Below are positions 52,153 through 60,396 of a stretch of DNA of 64,000 nucleotides, in pieces. The notes beneath the pieces were generated by a model. The model did no database searches. It saw only the letters and a list, made by a program, of their open reading frames with translations, and was not told the DNA's origin. Each line of letters opens with the position of its first letter. Within the stretch, counting starts at the first letter, position 1. The position numbers and the translations under genes are program-made. The DNA lies in the NCBI GenBank assembly GCA_030682495.1, contig JAUXOC010000091.1, forward strand, positions 2,879 through 66,878. The letters run 5' to 3'. The DNA is from Alphaproteobacteria bacterium (GTDB taxonomy: Bacteria > Pseudomonadota > Alphaproteobacteria > Micavibrionales > UBA2020).

Positions 52153-54167
52153 GACGGCCCCCCTGCGCCGCCGCCCTTTTTGGGCGGCTTTGGCGGTACA
52201 GCACTGTCAAGCCCTGCGCGCGGCGGCTTCTTGCGTGCCGCTTTTTTGAAATCGTCGCGGGTCGGGTTGTCGTTGGCGGCGGGCGGTTTCTCGTCCGTCA
52301 GATCGCGTCCGGCATCGCGGATATCTTTTTCAGCCTTGGCCGCGCGCTCAATCTTCTGGTCGAGAGTGATCAGCTCGTCGATATATTTTTCGATGACGCC
52401 AAGCCCCTTGCGCCAGAACGCCGGATCGTTGACGTCAAAGCCGAAAGGCTCCAGAAGCGCTTCGTGGCTTTTACTGCCGCCCGCGCCCAGCATCGCGGCG
52501 TATTTTTGCGCGAAATCGTTTTTATCCACCGCCTTGTCATAGGCGTCATAGAGCGCATTGACCAGACAATCACCAAAGGCATAGGCATAAACGTAAAACG
52601 GCGTATGGATAAAATGCGGCACATAAGCCCAGAAATGCTGCGCGCCGTCCACATCCATATTGACGGCAGGGCCAAGGCTCTCGCGCGATGTTTCGCGCCA
52701 CAGCTCGCCCAAACGTTCGGGCGACAGTTCGCCTTTGTCACGGTATTCGGCGTGCAGTTTTTGTTCGAACGTGAAAAACGCCGTCTGGCGCACCACGGTA
52801 TTGAGCATGCCTTCGACTTTTTCAGAGATCATCGCACGGCGCGCGGCGGGATCTTCTTCACGGTCGAGCAGCGCGCGGAAAACCAGCATCTCGCCAAAGA
52901 CACTGGCGGTTTCCGCGACGGTCAGCGGCGTATCGGCCATCAGCTGACCCTGTTTCGCAGCCATCACCTGATGGATGCCGTGCCCCAGTTCATGCGCCAG
53001 CGTCATCACATCGCCCGTGGTACCAAAATAATTGACGAGAATAAAGGGATGCGCCGAGGGCACGGCGGGGTGCGAAAATCCGCCGCTGTCTTTGCCGGCG
53101 CGCGGTTCCGCATCGATCCAGCCTTCGTCAAAAAAACGCCTGCCGATTTTTTCCATCTCGGGTGACAGTTTGGCAAAGGCGGCGAGCACCATCTCTTTCG
53201 CCTCTTCCCATGGAATATATTTTTGCGGCGCATCGGCCAGCGGCGCGTTACGATCCGCCGGATGCAGCCGCGCCGTGCCATTCTTTTTGGCCTTCCATCC
53301 GTAATAACGATGCGACGTTTTGGCATAGGATGATTTCACCGCAGCCGACAGCGCGCCCACGGTATCGCGGTCGATATGGTTTTCAAGATGGCGGCTGTCT
53401 TCGGGCTTTTCAAAGCCGCGCTGCGTATCTTCGGCCGCCTTGAGCGCGGCAAGCGTATTGGTGATGAGCGCAAAGCTGCCCGCATTCTCGCCAAGGCCTT
53501 TGGCAAAGGCATCCCATGCCAGACGTCTGCGCGCGGGGTCGCGGTCATTGTCGATGATGTTCAGTGTTTCGGCTTCGGTCAGTTTTTCGCCACCTACATC
53601 AAAACGCAGACCCTGCATCGTCAGATCGAACAGGCGGCGCCAGGCATCTTCGGCGACGCCTTCTTTCAGATGGCGGTATTTTTCGGCTTCGTCATCCAGC
53701 TGATGCGGGCGACTGGCGCGCAGACCTGCAACCCACGGCGCGTATTTGGACAGCTCCGGCGCGGCAATTTTTTGCAAAAGTGCCGGTTCGGCAATACGAT
53801 TGATTTCCAGCGTGAAGAACAAAAGATCCTGCACCGAGGCACGCAGGCGGTCATCAATTTTGGCGGCGAAGGTATCTTCGCGGTTATCGGCGGCGCGCAG
53901 CAACGACACATAGGTTTCGACGCGGGCAATATTCTCGGTGATCTGCTCGAAACGGGCGACAGCCGCGCCCAGCGCCGCACCATCGGCCTTGGCAACCTGT
54001 CCACGCCAGTCTTGCGCGAATTTTTTGACATCGCGGTCAATGTCGGTCAGGGCTTTTTGAAATTCGGGAGAATCTTTGCCTGGAAACAGAGCCGACAAAT
54101 CCCAGCGCGGCAGACGATACTGCGGCGGCAACGAGGCGGGCGGTGTTTGGTCCGGTCGGTCTTGCAT
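52149..54167 (-). CDS. M3-family oligoendopeptidase (PepF-like), paralog 2
   Basis: 672 aa. 'TLAHELGHGIHQ', 'ETASVFGEM'. Long Lys/Pro-rich C-terminal tail. Confidence 0.85.
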   Translation of the reverse strand: MQDRPDQTPPASLPPQYRLPRWDLSALFPGKDSPEFQKALTDIDRDVKKFAQDWRGQVAKADGAALGAAVARFEQITENIARVETYVSLLRAADNREDTFAAKIDDRLRASVQDLLFFTLEINRIAEPALLQKIAAPELSKYAPWVAGLRASRPHQLDDEAEKYRHLKEGVAEDAWRRLFDLTMQGLRFDVGGEKLTEAETLNIIDNDRDPARRRLAWDAFAKGLGENAGSFALITNTLAALKAAEDTQRGFEKPEDSRHLENHIDRDTVGALSAAVKSSYAKTSHRYYGWKAKKNGTARLHPADRNAPLADAPQKYIPWEEAKEMVLAAFAKLSPEMEKIGRRFFDEGWIDAEPRAGKDSGGFSHPAVPSAHPFILVNYFGTTGDVMTLAHELGHGIHQVMAAKQGQLMADTPLTVAETASVFGEMLVFRALLDREEDPAARRAMISEKVEGMLNTVVRQTAFFTFEQKLHAEYRDKGELSPERLGELWRETSRESLGPAVNMDVDGAQHFWAYVPHFIHTPFYVYAYAFGDCLVNALYDAYDKAVDKNDFAQKYAAMLGAGGSKSHEALLEPFGFDVNDPAFWRKGLGVIEKYIDELITLDQKIERAAKAEKDIRDAGRDLTDEKPPAANDNPTRDDFKKAARKKPPRAGLDSAVPPKPPKKGGGAGGPS

Positions 54168-54387
54168 CGGCCTCCGAAGCGGTTTGCGGCACGTTTTGCG
54201 CGCCGCGATCAGACAAATTCACACCCTGCCTTGCCGCTTGTCCGTACCTGTCTGCCCGCAATCCCCCGCATAAACGGGGCTGGCAGCTTCTTGTTTGAAC
54301 GAACGACCAAAAGCGTAACACAGAATTTTATGACAGAAAGGCTTTTTTGCCCTCTTTGCCCTGAATCACTTTACAGAATCTGTATAA

Positions 54388-55302
54388 TCAGTTTCTAAAT
54401 ACGGAAATGCGGTCACGGCCGGCTTTTTTGGCGTCGTAGACGGCGTTATCGGCGCGGCCCAGCACACCATCGATGGAGGTTTCGCCATCTTTGAATTCGG
54501 CAATGCCGATGCTGACGGTGAAATTGATTTTGTGGTCGTTAAAGGTCAGCAGGTTGTCGGCGGTCAGTTTGCGCAGGCGTTCGGCGATGACCGTTGCGCC
54601 CTGAATATCGGTTTCGGGTAAAAGCGCGACGAATTCTTCGCCGCCCCAGCGGCCAAAGACGTCAACGTTACGCAGCGCATTGGTGCAAATCATCGTAAAA
54701 CGCTGCAAAGCCTTGTCACCCGCGCCATGGCCATAGGTGTCGTTGAGGCGTTTGAAATGGTCAAGGTCGAGCATCAGAACCGACATCGGATGATGATAAC
54801 GGCTGGCGCGCAGCGCCTCGCGCTCGGCAATCGATGTAAACTCGCGGCGGTTGAACGCGCCGGTCAGCGGGTCTGTGGCGGCAAGGCGCAGCAGCTCTTC
54901 TTCGGTTTTGCGGTTTTTGCTGATGTCACGCACCAGTGCGCCGTAAAATTTCTGATCGCCGCGGCTGAGGTCGAAAATCGACGCGCTGGCAACAAACTCT
55001 TCACCGCTTTTGCGGCGGCCATAGATTTGCCGGTGACGCTCGCTGGATGGTTTGTCGCGCGAATCGCTATTACCGAATTCGTGGATCATCATATCGTGCT
55101 GGATATGAAACCGCTCCGGCAGCAGCGTATCCAGCTTTTGGCCGGTGATTTCACTGCCCGTATAGCCGAAAACCTTTTCGGCGCCTTCATTGAAGAAAAT
55201 GATTTCGCTGTTGCGGTCTATAATGACGATGGCTTCTTCTGCGCGCGTCGCGACTTGCGCGCACAAATCGGCGATTCTGGCTTTTTTACCGAACAGAAGC
55301 AT
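54388..55302 (-). CDS. PAS-domain diguanylate cyclase (GGDEF)
   Basis: 304 aa. N-terminal PAS-like region ('IIDRNSEIIFFNEGAEKVFGY'), 'DPLTGAFNRREF', active site 'GGEEF', and an RxxD I-site 'RNVD' five residues upstream of it. Confidence 0.9.
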   Translation of the reverse strand: MLLFGKKARIADLCAQVATRAEEAIVIIDRNSEIIFFNEGAEKVFGYTGSEITGQKLDTLLPERFHIQHDMMIHEFGNSDSRDKPSSERHRQIYGRRKSGEEFVASASIFDLSRGDQKFYGALVRDISKNRKTEEELLRLAATDPLTGAFNRREFTSIAEREALRASRYHHPMSVLMLDLDHFKRLNDTYGHGAGDKALQRFTMICTNALRNVDVFGRWGGEEFVALLPETDIQGATVIAERLRKLTADNLLTFNDHKINFTVSIGIAEFKDGETSIDGVLGRADNAVYDAKKAGRDRISVFRN

Positions 55303-55317
55303 AAAGACGCCTACACC

Positions 55318-57228
55318 CTATGATGTCGCCCGCCTTCTTGATGTGACGCTGTCACGTCTGGCGCGCTTTCCGTCCAGAGTAACAGCGTTCTCCCCCGATT
55401 CCAACTGGTCTATAAAACTTTCAATCAAGGCCAGCCCCCGCCGCCAAAACGCCGGATCTGCCGCATTGAGACCGAAAGGACGAAGAAGGTCGCGGTGGTG
55501 CTTTGTGCCGCCAGCCGCCAGCAGCGCGATATATTTATCCGCAAAGCTTTTATCGCCCTTCTTTTCAGAATCCCTATAGGCCATATACAGCGCATTCACC
55601 AGACAGTCGCCAAAAGCATAGGCATAAACGTAAAACGGCGAATGATAGAAATGCGAGATATAAGCCCAGAAATAGCGGTAATGATCGTCGAAGCGGAAGG
55701 CGGGGCCGAGGCTCTGGCGCATGATGCGCATCCAAATCTCGCCCGTTTGCTGCGGCGTCAGCTCGCCTTTTTTACGCCGGGTGTGGAATTCACATTCAAA
55801 GTCGTGAAAGGCAACCTGACGCACAACAGTATTGAGCATATCCTCCACTTTGCGCGCAAGCAGGGCGCGGCGCGCGACCGGATCTGTTTCCGCGGCCAGC
55901 AGCGACTGGAAGACCAGCATCTCGCCAAAGACACTCGCCGTTTCCGCCAGCGTGAGGGGCGTATCGGCCATAAAATATCCCTGATCCGCCGCCAGCACCT
56001 GATGCACGCCGTGCCCCAGTTCGTGCGCCAGTGTCATCACATCATCCAAACCGCCTTTGAAGTTCATCAGAATATAAGGATGCGCGGCAGGAACCGTCGA
56101 GGCGGAAAAAGCACCGCTGTCCTTGCCGGCGCGCGGCTGCGCATCGATCCAGCTGTTCTCAAAAAACCGCGCGCCCGTCCGCGCCATTTGCGGATGAAAC
56201 ATACCATAGGCATCCAGCACAACCTTTTGCGCCTGCGGCCAAGTGATCTTTCTTTTGGCGGCAAAAGGCAGCGGGGCGTTGCGATCCCAGATATCCAGCT
56301 GCGCCTTGCCCAGCCATTTGGCCTTCAGCCGATAATAGCGATGTGACAGGCGTTTATGGCTCTGGCGTACGGCCTTTGTCAGCGCTTCGACCACTTCGTC
56401 TTCGACCTGATTGTCAAGGTTGCGCGAGGCCATGATGCTTTTGAAACCGCGCTGGCGCTCATCAACTTCTTTTTCTTTGGCAAGCGTATTGAGGATAAGG
56501 CCAAAGGTGCCGGCATTGTCTTTCATCACACGACCGATTGACGCATGCGCCTCGCGCCGCGCCGCGGCATCATGCGACAGCAAGTGGTGAAAAATTTCCG
56601 TCTCGGTTAGTTCCTTGCCGCGGAAAGGAAAGCGAAGACGCGCGGATGTTTCATCGAACATGCGCATCCATGCCGAGGCCCCCGTAACATCGCGGTCATG
56701 TAGGATCTTTTCAACCTCGTCAGGCAACTGATAGGGGCGAAAGGCGCGAATTTGTGTCAGCACAGGGCGATAGCGTGCAACATCTTTGTGTTTTAGCCAC
56801 GTTTTGACCGTGGCTTCCGCCGCGCGGTTGATTTCGAGCCTGAAAAAAACCAGCCGCGCCGAAATGTCGTTGATCGTTTCGCTGACCGACTGGTACAGCT
56901 GCCCCGCCGCCGGATCATCAAGCCTCGTTTGCCGGTCCAGCGATACATAGCTGCCCAGCCGCCCCAAACCCTCGCAGATACTTTCGTAATCCGCAAAAGC
57001 CTTGCCGAAAGCCGCCGCCGAGAGGCGCGCCGTTTTATTTTCGTATTTCGCCTGAAAGGCCGCGGCCTTTTTGCCCGCCGCAGCCAGCCCCGCCGCGATA
57101 TGCCGCGCTGCGGGGGCAGGCACCAGATCGGACAGATCCCAGACCGGCAGCGCTGCCGCGCGTGTCTTGGCCGATTTGTTTGTTTTTACGAGGTTTTTGC
57201 GGCTGGCGCGTTTTTTTACGGGGGGCAT
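55318..57228 (-). CDS. M3-family oligoendopeptidase (PepF-like), paralog 3
   Basis: 636 aa. 'TLAHELGHGVHQ', 'ETASVFGEM'. Closest to paralog 2. Stops 15 nt before the cyclase start. Confidence 0.85.
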   Translation of the reverse strand: MPPVKKRASRKNLVKTNKSAKTRAAALPVWDLSDLVPAPAARHIAAGLAAAGKKAAAFQAKYENKTARLSAAAFGKAFADYESICEGLGRLGSYVSLDRQTRLDDPAAGQLYQSVSETINDISARLVFFRLEINRAAEATVKTWLKHKDVARYRPVLTQIRAFRPYQLPDEVEKILHDRDVTGASAWMRMFDETSARLRFPFRGKELTETEIFHHLLSHDAAARREAHASIGRVMKDNAGTFGLILNTLAKEKEVDERQRGFKSIMASRNLDNQVEDEVVEALTKAVRQSHKRLSHRYYRLKAKWLGKAQLDIWDRNAPLPFAAKRKITWPQAQKVVLDAYGMFHPQMARTGARFFENSWIDAQPRAGKDSGAFSASTVPAAHPYILMNFKGGLDDVMTLAHELGHGVHQVLAADQGYFMADTPLTLAETASVFGEMLVFQSLLAAETDPVARRALLARKVEDMLNTVVRQVAFHDFECEFHTRRKKGELTPQQTGEIWMRIMRQSLGPAFRFDDHYRYFWAYISHFYHSPFYVYAYAFGDCLVNALYMAYRDSEKKGDKSFADKYIALLAAGGTKHHRDLLRPFGLNAADPAFWRRGLALIESFIDQLESGENAVTLDGKRARRDSVTSRRRATS

Positions 57229-57318
57229 GTCTACCTATAGGGCGGGAGGATATGATATAATTTGTTAAAGATGTTTAGGCTAATCTACACATCTGGCTTT
57301 CAATTTCAAAGGCTGCCG

Positions 57319-57999
57319 ATGTCCGCCGCTTCCCGTAAGAAACAAAAACCCGAAACCGGCGGCACCGATGCCGCCCAGAACGCCCTGCGCACAAAGCTTT
57401 TACTGGCGGCTCTGCCCGATGTCGCCTTTGACGGCTGGCATGCGGGGCTGCTGGCCGCTGCGGCGCGCCGTGCCGGTATCAGCGAGGATGATGCGGAAGC
57501 GCTTTTCCCCCAAGGCACGCGCGGGCTGGCACTTTATCTGTCGACATGGGCAGACGAAGAGATGCGCAAGCGTCTGGCGCGTGAAAAGATGGAGAGCCTG
57601 CGTGTACGCGACCGCGTGGCACGCGGCGTTGAAATCCGCCTCGACATCCTTGCGCCGTGGAAACAGGCGGTATCAAGCGGACTTTGCTATCTGGGCACAC
57701 CGCCCGGCGGATTGCTGCTGCCCTCGCAGGTCTGGCGCAGCGCGGATATTATCTGGCAGGCAGCAGGCGATACCGCGACCGATTATAACCGCTATACCAA
57801 AAGGCTTTTGCTCTCCGGCGTTCTAACAGCGACGATTTTATTCTGGCTGGGCGATGAAACCCCGCAGCATCAGGACACCCGCGCATTTCTGGCACGCCGC
57901 ATCGACGAGGCTCTTAAAATAGGTAGAACCGCAGGCGGCACGGTCGATAAAATCAAACGCGGCATCGGCCAAGTCACGAGAAGAAGGAAAAACGCATGA
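57319..57999 (+). CDS. COQ9-family protein (ubiquinone biosynthesis accessory; 'rpsU-divergently transcribed protein' type)
   Basis: 'LLLAALPDVAFDGW', 'LFPQG', 'RVRDRV', 'DYNRYTKRLLLSGV', 'FLARRIDE' match my recollection of the bacterial COQ9 family. Start set at ATG 57319. Confidence 0.7.
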   Translation: MSAASRKKQKPETGGTDAAQNALRTKLLLAALPDVAFDGWHAGLLAAAARRAGISEDDAEALFPQGTRGLALYLSTWADEEMRKRLAREKMESLRVRDRVARGVEIRLDILAPWKQAVSSGLCYLGTPPGGLLLPSQVWRSADIIWQAAGDTATDYNRYTKRLLLSGVLTATILFWLGDETPQHQDTRAFLARRIDEALKIGRTAGGTVDKIKRGIGQVTRRRKNA

Positions 58000-58706
58000 T
58001 TTTCGGATTGGAACATGTCGTGAGCGCGGGGCTGATGACGCTCGCCAGTATCTATAGCTGCCCGCAAACACAGCCCGGACAAGTCGCGATCCAGACCCGC
58101 AACGGTACGCCGAAATATTACTATCATATCCCGAGCGCGCAGCTTGGCAACTTCCAGATCGACACAACATTTTCAAAGCACGACAACGAAATTTACGTTG
58201 TCGGCGGCGTGACCCACGGCAAAATTCTCATTTCACGGCAAGTGCAGCTGATTACGCATTCCATGCGCGGCGTCAATGCGCACTGCGTGTCGGTCGGACA
58301 GATCACCGTGACACTGGACTATCAACCGGACGTTTATATTGCTACTGAATACAGACCCGGCACCTGCCGTTACCAGACCACCATGCAGCACGAAGTGCAG
58401 CACGTGAACCTCGACATCATCACGCTGAACGAATTTATTCCACGTATTCAGGCCTACATACAGCGCGCCGTCAATTCACTGCCCCCGATGCAGCCCGTGC
58501 AGCAGCAGCAGGTTCCGCAGGTACAGGAATGGATCGGCATGCAGGTTGAACAAGCGGCAAAACAGGCGCTGGCGGAGATGGATCAGGTGCGCCGCGCACG
58601 TCACCAGCGCATTGACAATCGCGAAGAATACACGCGCCTGTCACGCGCCTGCGCGCATGAGCCGAACCCGATCGCCATGCCCGGACAGCAGCAATACCGC
58701 CGCTGA
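57996..58706 (+). CDS. Hypothetical protein with HExxH motif and Gln-rich C-terminal helix
   Basis: 236 aa. Hydrophobic N-terminus ending in 'SIYSC' (possible signal or lipoprotein, not canonical). 'TMQHEVQHVNLD'. ATGA overlap with the COQ9-like gene. Confidence 0.55.
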   Translation: MIFGLEHVVSAGLMTLASIYSCPQTQPGQVAIQTRNGTPKYYYHIPSAQLGNFQIDTTFSKHDNEIYVVGGVTHGKILISRQVQLITHSMRGVNAHCVSVGQITVTLDYQPDVYIATEYRPGTCRYQTTMQHEVQHVNLDIITLNEFIPRIQAYIQRAVNSLPPMQPVQQQQVPQVQEWIGMQVEQAAKQALAEMDQVRRARHQRIDNREEYTRLSRACAHEPNPIAMPGQQQYRR

Positions 58707-58715
58707 TCCTTGTCT

Positions 58716-59456
58716 TTACCTATCCTCGGCTGACGCCGCCGTTGCCGCAGGCATGCGGCGCGCATCGCTCATGGCTTTGCGCACCATATCCTTCCAATAC
58801 GCGCGCGAGGGTCCTTCGGACAAAAGCGTTCGCCACAGCACCAGTGCCGCCGCGGGGTCGCCACGCTGGGCAATCGCCAGCGCCTCGAAATGGCGGGACA
58901 GCGGATCATCCGGATAAAGCCCGCGCACAAAAGAAAACGTCGCCAGCGCATCATCGCCCACCGTGCCGCCGCTTTGCCGCACCTGTGCCTGCCCCAGCGT
59001 GACAGCATAATGCCGCAGCAGCGGGTCTTGCGCCGCCACCCCCAGCGCCACGGCGCGCGCCAGAAACTTAACTTCGTCATCGTGCCGCCCGATGCGGCGG
59101 TTGATTTCGGAGAGACTGAGATGTGCGCCGATATCATCGGGGTTCTGCCCGACCAGCACAGCCATCGGACGCTGGGCGAGCAGCGCCGCCTGCCGCGTTT
59201 GCAAATCAGATGTCATATCAAAAATCGCCTGCCGCGCCCGTAAATCCGGACGACCCGTCAAAAGATAAGTCGTCAGTGCGGCAGCCGGCAGCAGGAGCAC
59301 GACAACCGCCACCAGAAACCTGTCCTCACGCGAGGCACGTCGCAAAGGGCGCGAAGTATCTGTCTGCCCTGCACCTACAGGCGCGGCCAGCACATGCACC
59401 AGCTTGATGCAAACGCCCGCCGTCAAAACCGCCATTAGAACATAGAGCATCGTCAT
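58716..59456 (-). CDS. ccmI: Cytochrome c-type biogenesis protein CcmI (CycH)
   Basis: Start set at ATG 59456 (MTMLYVLMAV...), overlapping the ccmH stop (ATGA). Two TM segments followed by a TPR-like domain. Last gene of the ccm cluster. Confidence 0.7.
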   Translation of the reverse strand: MTMLYVLMAVLTAGVCIKLVHVLAAPVGAGQTDTSRPLRRASREDRFLVAVVVLLLPAAALTTYLLTGRPDLRARQAIFDMTSDLQTRQAALLAQRPMAVLVGQNPDDIGAHLSLSEINRRIGRHDDEVKFLARAVALGVAAQDPLLRHYAVTLGQAQVRQSGGTVGDDALATFSFVRGLYPDDPLSRHFEALAIAQRGDPAAALVLWRTLLSEGPSRAYWKDMVRKAMSDARRMPAATAASAEDR

Positions 59457-59860
59457 GCACGGTCCCTCCGCACAAAGCCCCGGCGCACGAGCCGCCAGAC
59501 AAAAGCAAAGCCTGCCCCCAGCACCAAAAACGGCGTCAGCCACAAAATCCATGTGCGCGGCGCGACCGGAGGCTTCATCAAAACATAGTCGCCGTAGCGT
59601 TCCTGCACAAAGGACAAAACCTGTGCATCACTGTCGCCCGCGCTCAGACGTTCACGCACCAAGAGGCGCAAGTCGCGCGCAAGGCCTGCGGCAGATTCGT
59701 CGATATCTTCGCCCTGGCAGACAAGACAGCGCAATTGCTTGCTGATAACCCGCGCCCGCGATTCGAGCACAGCGTCCTGCATCATCTCGTCAGGTTGCAC
59801 TGCCAGTGCAACTGCGGGCAGAAACAGGCAAAAAAACAGGGCGCACAGTAGTGTCTTCAT
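59453..59860 (-). CDS. ccmH: Cytochrome c-type biogenesis protein CcmH (CycL)
   Basis: 135 aa. Signal peptide, 'LRCLVCQGEDIDES' redox motif, C-terminal TM. Confidence 0.9.
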   Translation of the reverse strand: MKTLLCALFFCLFLPAVALAVQPDEMMQDAVLESRARVISKQLRCLVCQGEDIDESAAGLARDLRLLVRERLSAGDSDAQVLSFVQERYGDYVLMKPPVAPRTWILWLTPFLVLGAGFAFVWRLVRRGFVRRDRA

Positions 59861-60396
59861 TTCATCACCTCTGCAATCAGGGGCTTGAACAGCGCGCGGT
59901 AATCCGCTTCGCTGACCGGCCCGACATGGCGCAGGCGGATGACGCCGCGGCGGTCAATCACAAAGGTCTCGGGCACGCCGTAGACGCCCCATTCAATCGC
60001 CACGCGGCCTTCGTCATCCGCGCCGATCAGCTTGAAAGGGTTGCCGTGTTTTTCGAGCCACGGCGCGAGCGCTTCCGGCTTGTCTTTATAGTTCACGCCA
60101 TAAACATCTATGCCGTCCTGTGCGGCCATGCGCGCCAGCAGCGGCTGTTCAGCCTGACAAGGCACACACCATGATGCGAAAAAATTCACCACGGCCGGTG
60201 CGCCCGCCAGATCATCACGGTCAAAATGACGTCCGTCAGGCAGCGCGGCGGGCAATACGAAATCAGGGATTTCGCGGCCAATCATGGCGGATTCCAGCTT
60301 GGCCGGATCCACCCCCCGCATCAGCGGCGCGGCAAAAAGTGCCAGCAGCAAGATAAAAACGGCCAACGGGACAAGCGCGAGAAGCTGCGGTTTCAT
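59857..60396 (-). CDS. ccmG: Thiol:disulfide oxidoreductase CcmG/DsbE
   Basis: 179 aa. N-terminal anchor, thioredoxin motif 'WCVPC', 'GVYGVPETF'. Confidence 0.92.
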   Translation of the reverse strand: MKPQLLALVPLAVFILLLALFAAPLMRGVDPAKLESAMIGREIPDFVLPAALPDGRHFDRDDLAGAPAVVNFFASWCVPCQAEQPLLARMAAQDGIDVYGVNYKDKPEALAPWLEKHGNPFKLIGADDEGRVAIEWGVYGVPETFVIDRRGVIRLRHVGPVSEADYRALFKPLIAEVMK

